64,000 nt of DNA, taken from positions 355,062-419,061 of the forward strand of contig CAWJBJ010000005.1 in NCBI GenBank assembly GCA_963841135.1. The letters are read 5' to 3'. The translations under genes and the position numbers were made by a program. Of the stretch, positions 21,415 to 31,547 are shown in pieces (the first letter of the stretch is position 1; the number at the start of each line of letters is the position of its first letter). Origin of the DNA: an uncultured Chloroflexia bacterium (GTDB lineage Bacteria; Chloroflexota; Limnocylindria; Limnocylindrales; CSP1-4). Below the pieces are notes generated by a model that did no database searches, had not been told where the DNA came from, and saw only the letters and a program-made list of their open reading frames with translations.

Positions 21415-21977
21415 GGCGGATCTCCACGGGGCTCACGGTCATGGGTTCGGCGAGGTGGACACGGAGTCGGTCGAGCGCGGTCTGGAGCTGCGCCTTGATC
21501 GTGTTGGGGCTCTTGCCCAGAGCCACGGCCACCTCGTCGACCGACAGGTCGGCGTAGTAGCGCAGGACGACCGCGGCACGCATCTGGAGCGGCAGGGTCG
21601 CGACGCCGTCGAGCAGCGTGATGCGAGTCGGTCGCGTCTCTCGCGATGTCGCGTGTGCCCCCGCGATCGGGGACGACATCGAGGCGGAACACTCGACCTT
21701 CGGTCCGCCGGACGCTGAGGGCCTTGTTCGTGGCAACCCGCAGGAGCCAGGCACGGAGCGCGCGATCGTCGCGGACCTGCCCCGCCCGCTCGAATGCGGT
21801 CAGGAGCGTCTCGATGACGACGTCCTCGGCCGCCGGCCGGTCCCGGAGGATCAGGAAGGCCACGGCCTGGAGCTCGCGACCGTGCGCCGCGAGCAACTCG
21901 TCCAGCGTCTCGGGTCTGCGACGGCGCAGAGCCTCGACGGTCATCGATCCATCCTCGGTCCCCTCGTCGGCAGCCAT
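21407..21977 (-). CDS. ECF RNA polymerase sigma factor (one frameshift)
   Basis: Region 2 AEDVVIETLL...AWLLRVATN; region 4 LPLQMRAAVVLRYYADLSVDEVAVALGKSPNTIKAQL. Confidence 0.85.
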
Positions 21978-22112
21978 CGGTCGGCCGCTTCGAAGGATAG
22001 ACGCGCGAACCGGGCGTTCCGGGCTAGTCGCCCGACGGATCGCGCTCGCGCGGCGACGCCCGTGGCGACCGCCTGGGTCGGAGGGGCTGGTCGGACGTGT
22101 CACCATGGCCGA

Positions 22113-23747
22113 ATGACCGGCTTCGACCTGCTCCTCCGCGGCGGGACCGTCATCGATGGCACCGGAGCCCCGGGTCGGCGCGCCGACGTCGGCGTCCTTG
22201 GCGACCGGATCCTCGCCGTCGGCGACCTGTCAGCGTCGTCGCGAGCGGTGAGGTCGCGCTGGAGCTGGATGTCAGCGATCGGGCCGTGGCGCCCGGGCTT
22301 CATCGACCCGCATGGGCACTCGGACGGCTCGCTGTTCGTCGACGGAGCGCTCGTCAGCCACCTCCGCCAGGGCTACACGACCCAGCTCTCGGGGAACTGC
22401 GGCGACACGCTCGCGCCGATCACGCCGGTCGGGCGCGAGCTCGTGGAGCTCTCGCTCCGTCCGAACGCCCTGACCGCGCGCTGGCGCACCTTCGCCGAGT
22501 ACCTCGACGCAGGTCGAGGGCGAGCCGCTCGGTCCGAACGTCGCGTTCCTCGTCGGGCACGGCACGGTCCGCGGCTCGGTCCTCGGAGCCGAGGCCCGGG
22601 CGCCGACGGCCGACGGAGCTGCGCGCGATGGTCGCCGAGGTCGAGGCGGCCATCGAGGCAGGCGCCATCGGTCTCTCGTCGGGGCTCATCTACGCGCCCG
22701 GGCGTGCACGCCGGCCCGATCGAGATGGCCGCCCTCGTGAGTGCCGCGACACGCCACGGCGCGCCTGTACGCGACGCCACATCCGCAACGAGGCCGCCGG
22801 GCTGTTCGACGCCCTCGACGAGGCGCTCACCGCGGTCCGCGCGGCCGGGCGACGGCGCCCGGCTCCAGGTCTCGCACCTCAAGTGCGGGTCGCGCACCGT
22901 CTGGGGTCGGGCCGACGAGGCCGTCGGCGTCCTCGAGGCGGCCCGCGCGGAGGGCCTCGACGTCGCCGCCGACCAGTACCCGTACACGGCCGCGGCGACG
23001 ACGCTGGCCATCGTCCTGCCACCGGCCCTGCTGGGCCTCGGGGTCGAGGAGTGCGTCGCGGCGCTCGGCGACCAGGAGGTCCGCTTCCGGGTCCGCGAGG
23101 AGATGGACCGCGGGCATCTCGGGCTGGGAGAACGTGGCCGCCGACCCCGGCTGGTCCGGGCATCCGCATCTCGCTACGCGGCCAGCCATCCGGACTGGGC
23201 GGGCCGGTCGCTGGCCGACATCGCCGAGGAGCTCGGCGCGGAGCCCGCGGACCTCGCGTTCGATGCGCTGATGGACGACCGGCTCGACGTCTCGGTCGTC
23301 ATCGACTGCATGGACGAGGCCGACGTCGAGACGATCATGGCCGTGCCCTGGATCGCGGTCTGCACCGATGCCGAGGGCCGTCGCCCGGGCCACCCGATCC
23401 TCGACGCCGGGCGACCGCATCCGCGGACCTACGGGTCCACGGCCCGTGTGCTCGGCACGTACGTGCGCGACCGCGGGACGCTGTCGCTCGAGACCGCGGT
23501 CGCCAAGCTGACCTCCGTGCCGGCCGCCCGCGCTCGGCCTGCGCGACCGCGGGATCGTGCGCGACGGGTCGCATCGCCGACCTCGTGGTGTTCGATCCGG
23601 CGACCGTCGCGGACGAGGCGACCTACCTGCGAGCCCGCCCGCCACCCGACCGGCATCGACCACGTCGTCGTCAACGGCCAGCTCGCCGTGCGGGACGGCG
23701 AGGAGACCGGGCAGCGGCCGGGCCGGCTCCTTCGACGGGGCGCGTGA
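22113..23747 (+). CDS. N-acyl-D-amino-acid deacylase family amidohydrolase (frameshifted)
   Basis: LLLRGGTVIDGTGAPGRRADVG, PGFIDPHGHSD, DVAADQYPYTAAAT, HPRTYGSTARVLG. Confidence 0.9.
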   Translation: MTGFDLLLRGGTVIDGTGAPGRRADVGVLGDRILAVGDLSASSRAVRSRWSWMSAIGPWRPGFIDPHGHSDGSLFVDGALVSHLRQGYTTQLSGNCGDTLAPITPVGRELVELSLRPNALTARWRTFAEYLDAGRGRAARSERRVPRRARHGPRLGPRSRGPGADGRRSCARWSPRSRRPSRQAPSVSRRGSSTRPGVHAGPIEMAALVSAATRHGAPVRDATSATRPPGCSTPSTRRSPRSARPGDGARLQVSHLKCGSRTVWGRADEAVGVLEAARAEGLDVAADQYPYTAAATTLAIVLPPALLGLGVEECVAALGDQEVRFRVREEMDRGHLGLGERGRRPRLVRASASRYAASHPDWAGRSLADIAEELGAEPADLAFDALMDDRLDVSVVIDCMDEADVETIMAVPWIAVCTDAEGRRPGHPILDAGRPHPRTYGSTARVLGTYVRDRGTLSLETAVAKLTSVPAARARPARPRDRARRVASPTSWCSIRRPSRTRRPTCEPARHPTGIDHVVVNGQLAVRDGEETGQRPGRLLRRGA

Positions 23748-24568
23748 CCCGCTCCACCCCCGGCGCCACCGAGCAGCCGGCGATCGCGCGCCTCGCCGGG
23801 CGGGCCCGTCCCGTACACGCTGCGTCGCTCGCCGCGCGCCCGGACGCTGCGCGTCGTCATCCACCCGGACCGGGGCGTCGTCGTGACCGTGCCGGCGGCC
23901 GGTCGGCGGGGATGGTCCGACCCGGAGCGCCACGTGACCACGTTCCTCGGCGAACGGGAGCCGATGGCTCCGCCGGCATCTCGCGCGGCACGCCGACGCC
24001 CGCGACGAGCTGGCGGCCCGAGGCGGACTCGAGGACGGCGCCCTGATCCGGTATCGGGGCGACCTGCATCGCCTTCGGATCGTGCCCGCGCGGGCGGGCC
24101 TGAAACGCTCGAGCGTGGAACGGGTCGGCGGCGAGACCGAGGACCAGCTCATCGTCCACCGGGCGCCTGCCGATCGCCGGTCGATCGCGGCCGTGCTCGA
24201 GGCCTGGTTCCGGCCACGGGCGAAGACCGAGATCGAGCGGGCCGTCGCCCGGTACGCGGACGCGTTCGGGACCAAGCCGACCGGTGTGTCCCTGCGCGAC
24301 CCACGCTCGCGCTGGGGGAGTGCCTCGCGTCGACGGGCGCTTGTCGTTCTCCTGGCGGCTCGTCCTCGCCCCGCCCGAGGCGCTCGAGACCGTGGTGATC
24401 CACGAGCTGGCCCACCTGCGGATCTTCGGTCACGGCCCGCGATTCTGGGCGCTCGTCGCCGAGCGTCGGCCCGATCACGTGACGTGGCGTCACTGGCTCC
24501 GCGACCACGCCCTGGAGCTGCACGGCGCCCTCGGTCAGTCGAGCAGCGAGGACGGCTCGTCGTCGTAG
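23744..24568 (+). CDS. YgjP/M48 (SprT-like) zinc metallohydrolase (frameshifted)
   Basis: SLRDPRSRWGSAS, LSFSWRLVLAP, VVIHELAHLRIFGHGPRFWALV (HExxH). Confidence 0.85.
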
Positions 24569-25272
24569 GCCAGGACCGTCGAACCGGTCCAGCGCAGCGG
24601 ATCGATGTCGAGCTCGTCGGAGGAGCCCTCGGCGAAGACCTGCCAGATCGCGACCGCGAGGTCCAGGTCGACCTCGTCGGGAAGGCCGATCAGCGCGTTC
24701 CGGACGGGCGTGAGGAGCGTTCGGGGCTCGTCGCCGAGCATCGGACCGAGGCGATCCGGCGCGAGCACGAGCGCCGACCCCCAGCCCTGGGCCTGGATCA
24801 CGGTCATCGGGGTCCCGCGCCACGTCGCCGACTCGACCACGGGCGGCTCGTCGACCGCGCGGCGCCGGAGGTTCTCGAGCGCGGTGCCGAGGAGCGTTGC
24901 GTCATCGATGCCCCAGCGCGTCTGGAGCTCCCGCGACACGTGCGCCCACATCGGCCCGACGTCGATCCCGAACCCGGTCCAGACGCCGGGCGGCACGCGG
25001 AGGTGGATCGGCGCGGCCGGCGCCGGGAACGGGTGTCGCACGCGTTTGAGCAGCGGCATGATCGACGGCGCGACGCCTTCCCACGGGCCGCTCGGGTCGA
25101 ACCCGATGAACGCCTCTCTGGCGCGCCGCACCATCTCCGGATCGACCGTGCCCGCCAGCGGGAGGATCTCCCAGTCGCCCTCGCCTCCTCGGCGCGACCG
25201 CTCTCTGTCGCTGCGACGGGCACGCCGCTCGGCCTTGGTCGGTTTCGTCGTCCGCTGGGCCTTCGTCTTCAT
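24535..25272 (-). CDS. Hypothetical protein (remote DUF1444/YtpQ-like resemblance)
   Basis: Clean ORF of about 245 aa with basic N-terminus; WGIDDATLLGTALENL and LLTPVRNALI loosely recall DUF1444. Confidence 0.45.
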   Translation of the reverse strand: MKTKAQRTTKPTKAERRARRSDRERSRRGGEGDWEILPLAGTVDPEMVRRAREAFIGFDPSGPWEGVAPSIMPLLKRVRHPFPAPAAPIHLRVPPGVWTGFGIDVGPMWAHVSRELQTRWGIDDATLLGTALENLRRRAVDEPPVVESATWRGTPMTVIQAQGWGSALVLAPDRLGPMLGDEPRTLLTPVRNALIGLPDEVDLDLAVAIWQVFAEGSSDELDIDPLRWTGSTVLAYDDEPSSLLD

Positions 25273-25319
25273 GCCCGGCATCGTGACCACGCCGGCTTAG
25301 CTGCGGCCCATCACCGGCT

Positions 25320-26946
25320 TCACCCGCGATGCTCGTCGGCCATCCCGGAGACGACCGGCTCCGGGCGCCCGAACAGGAACCCCTGACCGAACTCGATCCC
25401 GAGATCGTTCAGGATCCCCGCCTCGGCCTCGGTCTCGACGCCCTCGGCGATCATCGCCGAGCCGGTCTTGCCGGCGAAGTACACGAGCCCCGACACCAGC
25501 GCCTGCCGGACCTGGTCGCTCTCGATCCCGCGCACGATGCTGAGGTCCAGCTTCACGAACGCCGGCCGGAGCTCGAGGATGTGGCGGAGGCTGGCGTACC
25601 CCGCGCCCGCATCGTCGATGGCGAGTCGAACGCCGCTGCCATAGGACGCGAGGGCACTCCGCAGCCCCTCGTAGTCCTCGATCCGCGCGTGCTCGGTGAG
25701 CTCGAGGACGATCGGCTCCTTGGCGAGGGCAAGTGACGCCGCGATCCGGTCGTGGTCCATGACGAGCGCGGGCGAGGCATTGAGGGAGATCGGCGCGCTG
25801 ATCGGGAGGAGGCTCGCCGCCTGCAGCGCCGTGTCGATCGCGGCCGCCTCCAGCTCCACGCCGAGCCCGTACTCGGCGGCCTCGGCGAACCGGATGTCGG
25901 GTGGCGTGCCGTCGGTGAACCGCGTGAGGGCCTCGTAGCCGGTGACGCTCCGGCCGGCCAGATCGACGATCGGCTGGAAGACGGCGTAGAAGGCGCGGGT
26001 CGCGATGACCCGCTCGAGGCGGGCGCGGGTCTCGGTCAGCCGACGGTGCGCGGCGATCGACGGACCCGCGGCGACGCTGAGGATGTTGGCGTAGTCGATG
26101 ACCGCGGCGAGCAGCCTCGACTGGCGAGCCGGCGAGCTCACGGGATCGACCCGGGACTGTCCGGTGACCAGGATCCCGACGACCCTCGTCCCGGCGAAGA
26201 TCGGCGCCCCGGCGGCGAGCTCCACGTTCGGCGCCCAGAACGCAGTCGGCGCTCTCATCCCGCATCCGTGAGCCGACGATCTCGACCCAGGGCCCGTCCC
26301 GCACGCGCGACAGGAAGTACTTTTCGCGATCGGTGGAGATCGTGCCGCCTCGCTGGACGCCGCCCTGCTCGTCGTAGGTCGCGAGGACCGTCAGGTGCCC
26401 GTGCTCGGCCATCTGGAGCACGCCGACGAACTCGCACCCGGCGCTCCGACCGAGCTCCGCGACGAGCGCCGCCGCAGCGTCATCGGAGTCCGCTGAGAGC
26501 GACAGCCCGCCCAGCACGCCGACGAGATCCGCCCGCCCGCGAAGCTCCGCCTCGACCTGGCTGCTCCACGCTTCACCCGTCCGCAAGTGCGCCCGGATCC
26601 GGGCGACCAGTTCGTCGAGCCGGACCGGCTTCGAGACGAAGTCGTCCGCCCCGGCCTCGAGGGCCTGCAGGACCGTCTCGTGGTCTCCGGAGCCCGTGAT
26701 GATCAGGATCGGGAGCGTCGCGGTCTCCGGATCGGCGCGGAGGGCCTTGACGACATCGATCCCGGAGAGGCCGGGCATCGCGACGTCGAGCACGACGGCG
26801 TCGACCGACTGGCGCTTGAGGAGGCTGAGCGCTTCCTCCCCGCTGCCCGCCTGTCGCGTCTCGTAGCCGCCGCGGTGGAGCGCAAGCACCATGAGCTTTC
26901 GAAGATCCGGGTCGTCATCGACGACGAGGATCGTGGGCTCAACCAA
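25320..26946 (-). CDS. Response-regulator receiver + GAF-like + EAL c-di-GMP phosphodiesterase (one frameshift)
   Basis: ILVVDDD...VVLDVAMPG...KP (REC); VFQPIVDL...GYEALTRF, DDAGAGYASL, IAEGVET, FGQGF (EAL). Confidence 0.85.
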
Positions 26947-27022
26947 CGAGCCTATTTCACGCGACACAGGCCTCCCCCGCGGGCCACTCGCCGAGCAGGA
27001 ACGCCGCTCGGCTATCAAGCCA

Positions 27023-27571
27023 TTATAAACCCTGCTTCGCCGCTCCTCCTGCACGCTCAGCCGCGTTCGGATCGACCCCGAGGAAGTCGACGATCCGCTC
27101 GACGATCTCACGTGGCCGACGTCGGTCGACATCGATCGCCAGGTGGGCGATCTCGGCGAACAGCGGCTCGCGCTCGGCCGACACGCGACGGATCCAGTCC
27201 GGCGACAGCGCGTCCTTGCGCCGGCCCTTGCCGGAGCCGGAGCGGATCAGCAGCGTCTCCGGGCTGGCTCGCAGCCAGACGACCCGGCCCGCGTCGCGCA
27301 TCCGGGCCCGGAGCTCGGGATCGGTCACGACCCAGCCCGCGACGCCTACGATGACCGGCGGGTCGAGGGTCAGGGCGTGCCTCAACCCCTCGATCTCGGC
27401 GGCATGGAGGGCGTCCACGCCGCCCTCGGCCTCGAGCTCCGGCGCCGAGCGACCCGTGGCGTCGCGGACCAGCTGGTCGTTGTCGACGTAGGGCCAGCCG
27501 GTGCGTCGCGCCAGGGCGCGCCCGATCGTGGACTTGCCGCTGCCCATGAGTCCGACGATGAAGACCCGCAT
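27023..27571 (-). CDS. Shikimate kinase-like P-loop kinase (AroK/GntK fold)
   Basis: IVGLMGSGKSTIGRALA, YVDND, VVWLRA, REPLF. Confidence 0.75.
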   Translation of the reverse strand: MRVFIVGLMGSGKSTIGRALARRTGWPYVDNDQLVRDATGRSAPELEAEGGVDALHAAEIEGLRHALTLDPPVIVGVAGWVVTDPELRARMRDAGRVVWLRASPETLLIRSGSGKGRRKDALSPDWIRRVSAEREPLFAEIAHLAIDVDRRRPREIVERIVDFLGVDPNAAERAGGAAKQGL

Positions 27572-27583
27572 GAGGTCGGTCGG

Positions 27584-28012
27584 CTAGGCCAGCGCGATGA
27601 TCGCGCAGACGCGCGCCTCGGTCCGCGACGCGACCCAGCCCTGGACCCGGATCAGGCCGTCACCCGACTCGGCGAAGTCCCGCCGGCTGGCCGAGTCGAG
27701 CGCCGCTCGGAGATCGTCGTCGCTGCCCTCCGCGAGGAGTCGCGGGAGGCCCGGGACCGTCTGCCCGAGGGCGGCCAGCAGGACCGCGATGTCCGCCTCG
27801 GACGGACGCGCGCGAAGCACCGCGCGGCCGACCGCGACCGCGCTCTCGCGGTGGGCGACCACGGACGCGAGCCGTTGCGCCGGCGTGGCCGGGCGACCCC
27901 GTCCGAGCAGGCTGCCGCCCGCTGCCGCGGCCAGGCCGGCCGCCGCCGTCAGCCCGACGGCGCCCCGAACGAACGAGCGGCGCGAGATCGCCCGGAACCG
28001 TCGGGGGTTCAT
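27584..28012 (-). CDS. Small twin-arginine signal protein accompanying the GMC oxidoreductase
   Basis: SRRSFV Tat motif plus hydrophobic stretch; C-terminal DFAESG...VQGWVASRTEARVCA; ATGA overlap with the GMC stop. Confidence 0.7.
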   Translation of the reverse strand: MNPRRFRAISRRSFVRGAVGLTAAAGLAAAAGGSLLGRGRPATPAQRLASVVAHRESAVAVGRAVLRARPSEADIAVLLAALGQTVPGLPRLLAEGSDDDLRAALDSASRRDFAESGDGLIRVQGWVASRTEARVCAIIALA

Positions 28013-29718
28013 GCCAGCCGCGTCCGGAGATGGTCGGTGAGGCGCAGGGCCAGCGCGACGATCGTCATGGTCGGCGTGCCGGACCCCGCGGTCGGGAAGA
28101 CCGAGCTCCCCGCGATGTACAGGTTGTCGATGCCGTGGACCCGGCAGTCGCTGTCGACGACGCCCGTGGTCGGATCGTTGCTCATCCGCGTGGTCCCCAT
28201 GTGGTGGTAGCCGCCCTCGAGGTCCGCCGGCCAGGAGTCCGCACCTTCGGTGATGTCGACGCGAAGGCGCCCCAGACCGGTCCGTCCGAGCTCGGCGCCG
28301 AGGAGCTCCAGCGTCCGGATGACGCTGTGCTTGTCGAGGTCCGTGAGGTGCCAGTCGAACTCGACCCTCCGCATACCCATGGCATCACGCTCGGTCCCGA
28401 GGCGGACCCGGCTGTCCGGGTTCGGGATCTGCTCGATGCGTGTCGACATCGAGATCCCGGCGATCGGCAGGCCGCCGGCGAGCTCGCGGTAGCCGATCGT
28501 CGCGATGTCGCCGAGGGCGACCGGGAGGATCGATTCGATGTCGTCGTCGCCGGCATGGCGAACGAGCTCGTCGACCACCTCGGGGAGCGGCACGGGGATG
28601 GGCCCGCCGCCGATGACGGCCTGCTGCCAGGTCATGAGGTCGCCTGCCACGCGCACGAGGTCCTCGCCGAAGCTGCCGGCGCCCCGGCCACGGACGGCAT
28701 CGAGGAGCCCGCGCAGGCTCTCGACCGTGGCGGCGTCGAGCGACGCCTGGACCTCGGGGTCGTAGACCGGCGTCAGGCGGATCTGGACGTCTGCCAGGCG
28801 CTCGGCCTGCGCCGCCTCGTGGCTGAGGCTGAGGTACCCCAGGATCGAGGCGCCGGGCACGTCCTGGACCTGGTAGAACCCGATCTGCAGCCGCCGATCC
28901 GTCGGGAGGATCACCCCGGCGTCGAACCGCGGGTGCTCCAGGAAGTAGCGCCCGACGAGGTCGTTGTCGTTGCCGACGCCGTTCGGCCGGACGCGGTCGG
29001 ACGAGAGCAGGAGCCGCGGGTTCTCGATGCCGCCGGTGGCGACCACGTACTGCCCGGCCGTGACCGCGAATCGTCCGCCCTCGAGGGTGCCGGCGTGGAT
29101 GCGATCGACCCGGGCGCCGGTCGCGTCGGTCTCGATCTCGATGGCGTTGGCGTGGAGGTAGACGGTGACGTTCGACGCGTCCTCGAGGTCCTCGCGGAAC
29201 CGCGGCGCGAAACTCCGCTCGCGTGACTCCACGACCTGGGCGACGACCGTGGCGATCCGCTGGGCGTCGAACGGCAGCATCGGATACCGGCTGCGCTCCC
29301 GCCACTCGTCGAGCGGCCGTTCCGCGACCTTCAGGCCGACCGTCTCGGCCGCCCGCGGGTAGTACGGATCGAGGTCGGCCCGGACGATCGGCCAGCCGCT
29401 GTGCGGGATCCAATCCCGGGTATCGAAGTCGCCGGCCTCCTGGGGCCGGCAGACGCCGCCCCAGTGGTTCGTCGAGCCGCCGAAGAACCGCATCCGCGCG
29501 AACTGGAGGTCGAAGTACGGCAGGCCCACCACGTCGCCGACGTTGAGCTCGCTCGTCGCCTCGTCGAACTCGAGGCCGCCGCTCTCGATGACGGCGACGC
29601 GCACCGCCGATCCGGCGAGCTCCTTGGCGATGGTCATCCCGGCCGCGCCGCACCCGACGATGCACAGGTCGGCCTCGATCACGCTGTCAGCCGGGACCGT
29701 CTGCGCCTCTACGAACAC
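28009..29718 (-). CDS. GMC-family FAD oxidoreductase
   Basis: DLCIVGCGAAG, FFGGSTNHWGG, VGRYFLEHP, HHMGTTRM, NLYIAGSSVFPT...PTMTIVALALRL; GTG start preceded by TACTCT-N6. Confidence 0.9.
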   Translation of the reverse strand: MFVEAQTVPADSVIEADLCIVGCGAAGMTIAKELAGSAVRVAVIESGGLEFDEATSELNVGDVVGLPYFDLQFARMRFFGGSTNHWGGVCRPQEAGDFDTRDWIPHSGWPIVRADLDPYYPRAAETVGLKVAERPLDEWRERSRYPMLPFDAQRIATVVAQVVESRERSFAPRFREDLEDASNVTVYLHANAIEIETDATGARVDRIHAGTLEGGRFAVTAGQYVVATGGIENPRLLLSSDRVRPNGVGNDNDLVGRYFLEHPRFDAGVILPTDRRLQIGFYQVQDVPGASILGYLSLSHEAAQAERLADVQIRLTPVYDPEVQASLDAATVESLRGLLDAVRGRGAGSFGEDLVRVAGDLMTWQQAVIGGGPIPVPLPEVVDELVRHAGDDDIESILPVALGDIATIGYRELAGGLPIAGISMSTRIEQIPNPDSRVRLGTERDAMGMRRVEFDWHLTDLDKHSVIRTLELLGAELGRTGLGRLRVDITEGADSWPADLEGGYHHMGTTRMSNDPTTGVVDSDCRVHGIDNLYIAGSSVFPTAGSGTPTMTIVALALRLTDHLRTRLA

Positions 29719-29800
29719 CGCGACAGAGTACCGGCTGAGAGCGTGCGCGTGGGCAGACCCGGCCGCTATCCTGTTCCCATCCGCAGCACGAGGCACGAGG

Positions 29801-30394
29801 ATGATCGACGACGCCTCCGCTCCCGCGGGGCGCCCGCTCACGCAGCGACAGGAGCAGACGGTCGCGTACGCCGACGCGGCGTCGCGGCTGGTCGCCTATC
29901 TCATCGATGGCGTGCTCGTCGGCATCGTGATCTTCGTCGCGGCGTTCCTCTTGTCACGAGTGCTCGGCTCGACCCTGCCGGCGGCCGACGCGAACGGCGT
30001 CCGGGCGTCGGTCGACCAGGGGCGCGCGCTGATCAACGCCCTCGTGGCGACGGCAATCTCGGGTGTCTACTTCGTTGGCTGCTGGCTCGCGCTCGGCGGG
30101 ACGCTCGGTCAGCGACTGCTCGGGATCGCCGTCCAGCGCGAGGCGGACGGTGGCCGGCTCCGACCGGGCCAGGCGCTGGTCCGTTGGGTCCTGCTGGGGG
30201 CGTGGTGGGGGCTCCTCGGCGCCCTGCTGTTGTCGATCTCGCTCGCGGCCTGGGTGCTCGCCGCGGCGATCGTCGTGTGGGACCTGATCCTCCTCTGGAC
30301 CACGGCCCGGGATGATCGGAAGCAGGGCCTGCACGACCGGCTCGCGGGTTCCGTCGTCCACCGACGAGTCCGACTGGTGCCGTCCGCGTCCTGA
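29801..30394 (+). CDS. RDD-family membrane protein
   Basis: YADAASRLVAYLID, GGTLGQRLLGIAV, KQGLHDRLAGSVV. Confidence 0.85.
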   Translation: MIDDASAPAGRPLTQRQEQTVAYADAASRLVAYLIDGVLVGIVIFVAAFLLSRVLGSTLPAADANGVRASVDQGRALINALVATAISGVYFVGCWLALGGTLGQRLLGIAVQREADGGRLRPGQALVRWVLLGAWWGLLGALLLSISLAAWVLAAAIVVWDLILLWTTARDDRKQGLHDRLAGSVVHRRVRLVPSAS

Positions 30395-30413
30395 CGCCGG
30401 TCGCAGCGAGAGG

Positions 30414-31178
30414 GTGGCAGCCGCGCCGGGGACCGCGATCGAGCGACTCGCGCGCCATCTCTACGAGCGCGACCCTGGCGATCCCATGGCTCAGGAATTG
30501 CTCGGGTGGCTGGCGGGCTCCCCGCGGTTCCGCGACTTCGCGGAGGCGCACCGTGACAAGATCCGGAAGAAGCTCCGCACCGCGAGGGACGTTGAGGCGC
30601 TGCGGGACGTCCGAGCGGAGTTGAGAACCGCGTGGCTCCTGCTGGCGGATCGCCGCATCGAGCTGGCCTTCGAGGCCTACGGTTCGGGGAAGACCGGCCC
30701 GGACTTCACGGTCACCTTCCGTGGCTCGCGGAGCTTCAACCTGGAGGTCACGCGGCCGCACCGCATGCTCGACGCGACCGGACTGGCTTCGTCGTTGCTT
30801 GCCAAGCTGCGACAGCTGCCCCCGAGCGCATCGAACGCGATCCTGATCGCGATCCCAGGAGGCACTGCCGATGCCCTCGACATCGACGCCGCGGCCCGCG
30901 CGCTGCGCTCCCGCGCCGACGCGAAGGACGAAGCGTTCTTCACCACTCGTGGGATGGCGGGTACGCGCGGCTTCTACGAGCGATTCCTGCGGCTCGGCGC
31001 GGTATTCGTGTCGGCTGAGGACGCCAGCGGTGATGCCCGCGCCACCGTCTGGTTCAACCGCTCGGCACGGATCGCCGATGCCGGAGGTCGCCGCGCGGGC
31101 ATGCCTGCACAGCCTTCGAGCCGAGTCTCCGAATCCCGTCAGTCGATGACGGCGATCGCCTCGACCTCGATCAGGTAG
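30414..31178 (+). CDS. Hypothetical protein with possible PD-(D/E)XK nuclease-like core
   Basis: RBS GAGAGG plus GTG; AE...GPDFTVTF...FNLEVT spacing resembles restriction-endonuclease-like folds; 3' end may be frameshifted. Confidence 0.5.
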   Translation: MAAAPGTAIERLARHLYERDPGDPMAQELLGWLAGSPRFRDFAEAHRDKIRKKLRTARDVEALRDVRAELRTAWLLLADRRIELAFEAYGSGKTGPDFTVTFRGSRSFNLEVTRPHRMLDATGLASSLLAKLRQLPPSASNAILIAIPGGTADALDIDAAARALRSRADAKDEAFFTTRGMAGTRGFYERFLRLGAVFVSAEDASGDARATVWFNRSARIADAGGRRAGMPAQPSSRVSESRQSMTAIASTSIR

Positions 31179-31534
31179 CCCGGCTCGGCCAGGGTCTCGA
31201 CACCCAGCAGGGTGTCGGCCGGCTTGTGGTCGCCGAAGACCGCCACCCTGGCCTCCGAGATGGCGTCCAGGTACTCGGGCCGATGGTGGACGACGTAGAT
31301 CGTGATCCTTGCCACCTGTTCCGGGCGGGCGCCGGCGGCGGCGAGGGCGCGACCGACATTCGCGAACGCCTGGCGAGCCTGACCGGCGAGGTCGCCCGGC
31401 GCTACCAGATTCCCCTCGCCATCGTCGGCGACCTGTCCCGAGACGAACACGAGGCGGCTGCCGGTCGCGACCACGACCTGGGTGTAGCTCGCCGGAGTGG
31501 GCAGTTCCGGTGGGTTGATCAGCTCGAGACTCAT
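31139..31534 (-). CDS. RidA/YjgF-family protein
   Basis: YTQVVVATGSRLVFVSGQ, GQARQAFANV, TLLGVETLAEPGYLIEVEAIA. Confidence 0.9.
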   Translation of the reverse strand: MSLELINPPELPTPASYTQVVVATGSRLVFVSGQVADDGEGNLVAPGDLAGQARQAFANVGRALAAAGARPEQVARITIYVVHHRPEYLDAISEARVAVFGDHKPADTLLGVETLAEPGYLIEVEAIAVID

Positions 31535-31547
31535 CGCTCCGCGTCCC

